From contig NW_021828627.1 of NCBI RefSeq assembly GCF_006345805.1, forward strand, positions 1-8,000: 8,000 nucleotides of DNA, written 5' to 3'. A model generated the notes under the pieces. The model saw nothing but the letters and a program-made list of their open reading frames with translations. It was not told where the DNA came from and made no database searches. Source of the DNA: Octopus sinensis. Lineage: Eukaryota. The position numbers and the translations under genes were made by a program. Shown here one piece after another: positions 7,353-8,000 of the stretch (the stretch's first letter is position 1; each line of letters opens with the position of its first letter).

Positions 7353-8000
7353 ACGTACATATGCACTTCCAGTTTCGCACCCGAGTTGCGGACTTTTTTT
7401 TTTTTTATGGTCTCTATAGCAAATAATGCTTAACTAAGCTGGCAGACGGTTAAGAATTTCGATGACACAGTCATATATCATTGCAACTAATGTGTTATGT
7501 AACCATTTTTGTGGGTTATTAATCGATTGGTATAATGAAGGATGTACGTTCTCGTCCGGTTCCCAGTTTTCACTTCGTCCATAATTTTTTGCTTACTTTT
7601 CATCTTCTTCTTGTAGCAGATGTTCAACTAATATCTACAGCGTAAACATGGGTCATATTCCATTCACTTGTGTGGAAGAGAAAGAAACGAAAGTTTAGAA
7701 ATGTATTTCTCAGCTAAGACCAACGTGACATGGCGTGTCAAGGCTCTCTCTTAAGAATCACAGCTACAATCCATCCGAAAAACTTCTCTACAGTTTCCAC
7801 TCACCCATTTTCACTCGCGGGATGTGGGCTGCCTCGCGGCTGCAGACAACGGGCGTCTTCACAATTTCGGATGATTATAATCTGATTCTTGACTGAGGAA
7901 AAAAACTTCGAATGACCCGTCCTTGTTTTCTTTGTATCGTCTATCTGGATGTTTTGTTGTCCCTTTTGTATCACCTAGCTCTCCGGATGCTTTGTGTTCT

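Noticed and set aside
7124-7433. ORFs rich in YI, YM or CM dipeptides
   Set aside because: They result from TA/TATG repeats.
7585-7700. Possible host exon after the polypyrimidine tract and AG at ~7616
   Set aside because: Only one short open frame, a weak donor site and no recognisable protein motif; it needs RNA-seq.
7785-7860. Degenerate minus-strand SINE fragment
   Set aside because: The resemblance to the reverse complement of 5578-5645 is too weak to call by eye.

Overview
AT-rich, microsatellite-dense eukaryotic repeat DNA with no supportable host gene. The SINE sequences and repeat mix resemble octopus (coleoid cephalopod) DNA; this is my recall-based inference, not a database result. 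Positions 1-4672 are a head-to-tail chain on the minus strand, with each member separated by an (ATT)n/(TAA)n tract. The chain holds three R4/Dong-clade non-LTR retrotransposon pieces (CCHC knuckle plus PD-(D/E)xK restriction-like endonuclease) and one non-coding ~430-bp insert. The leftmost element is an old, stop-riddled copy whose N-terminus is fused directly to its C-terminus, with the RT domain missing. The other two are near-identical, 5'-truncated copies of a younger family. The right half has CA/GT/TA/TATG microsatellites, three tRNA-derived SINE copies, a decayed ~50-bp minisatellite, and a degenerate minimal type I hammerhead-like motif of the kind associated with Penelope-like elements.
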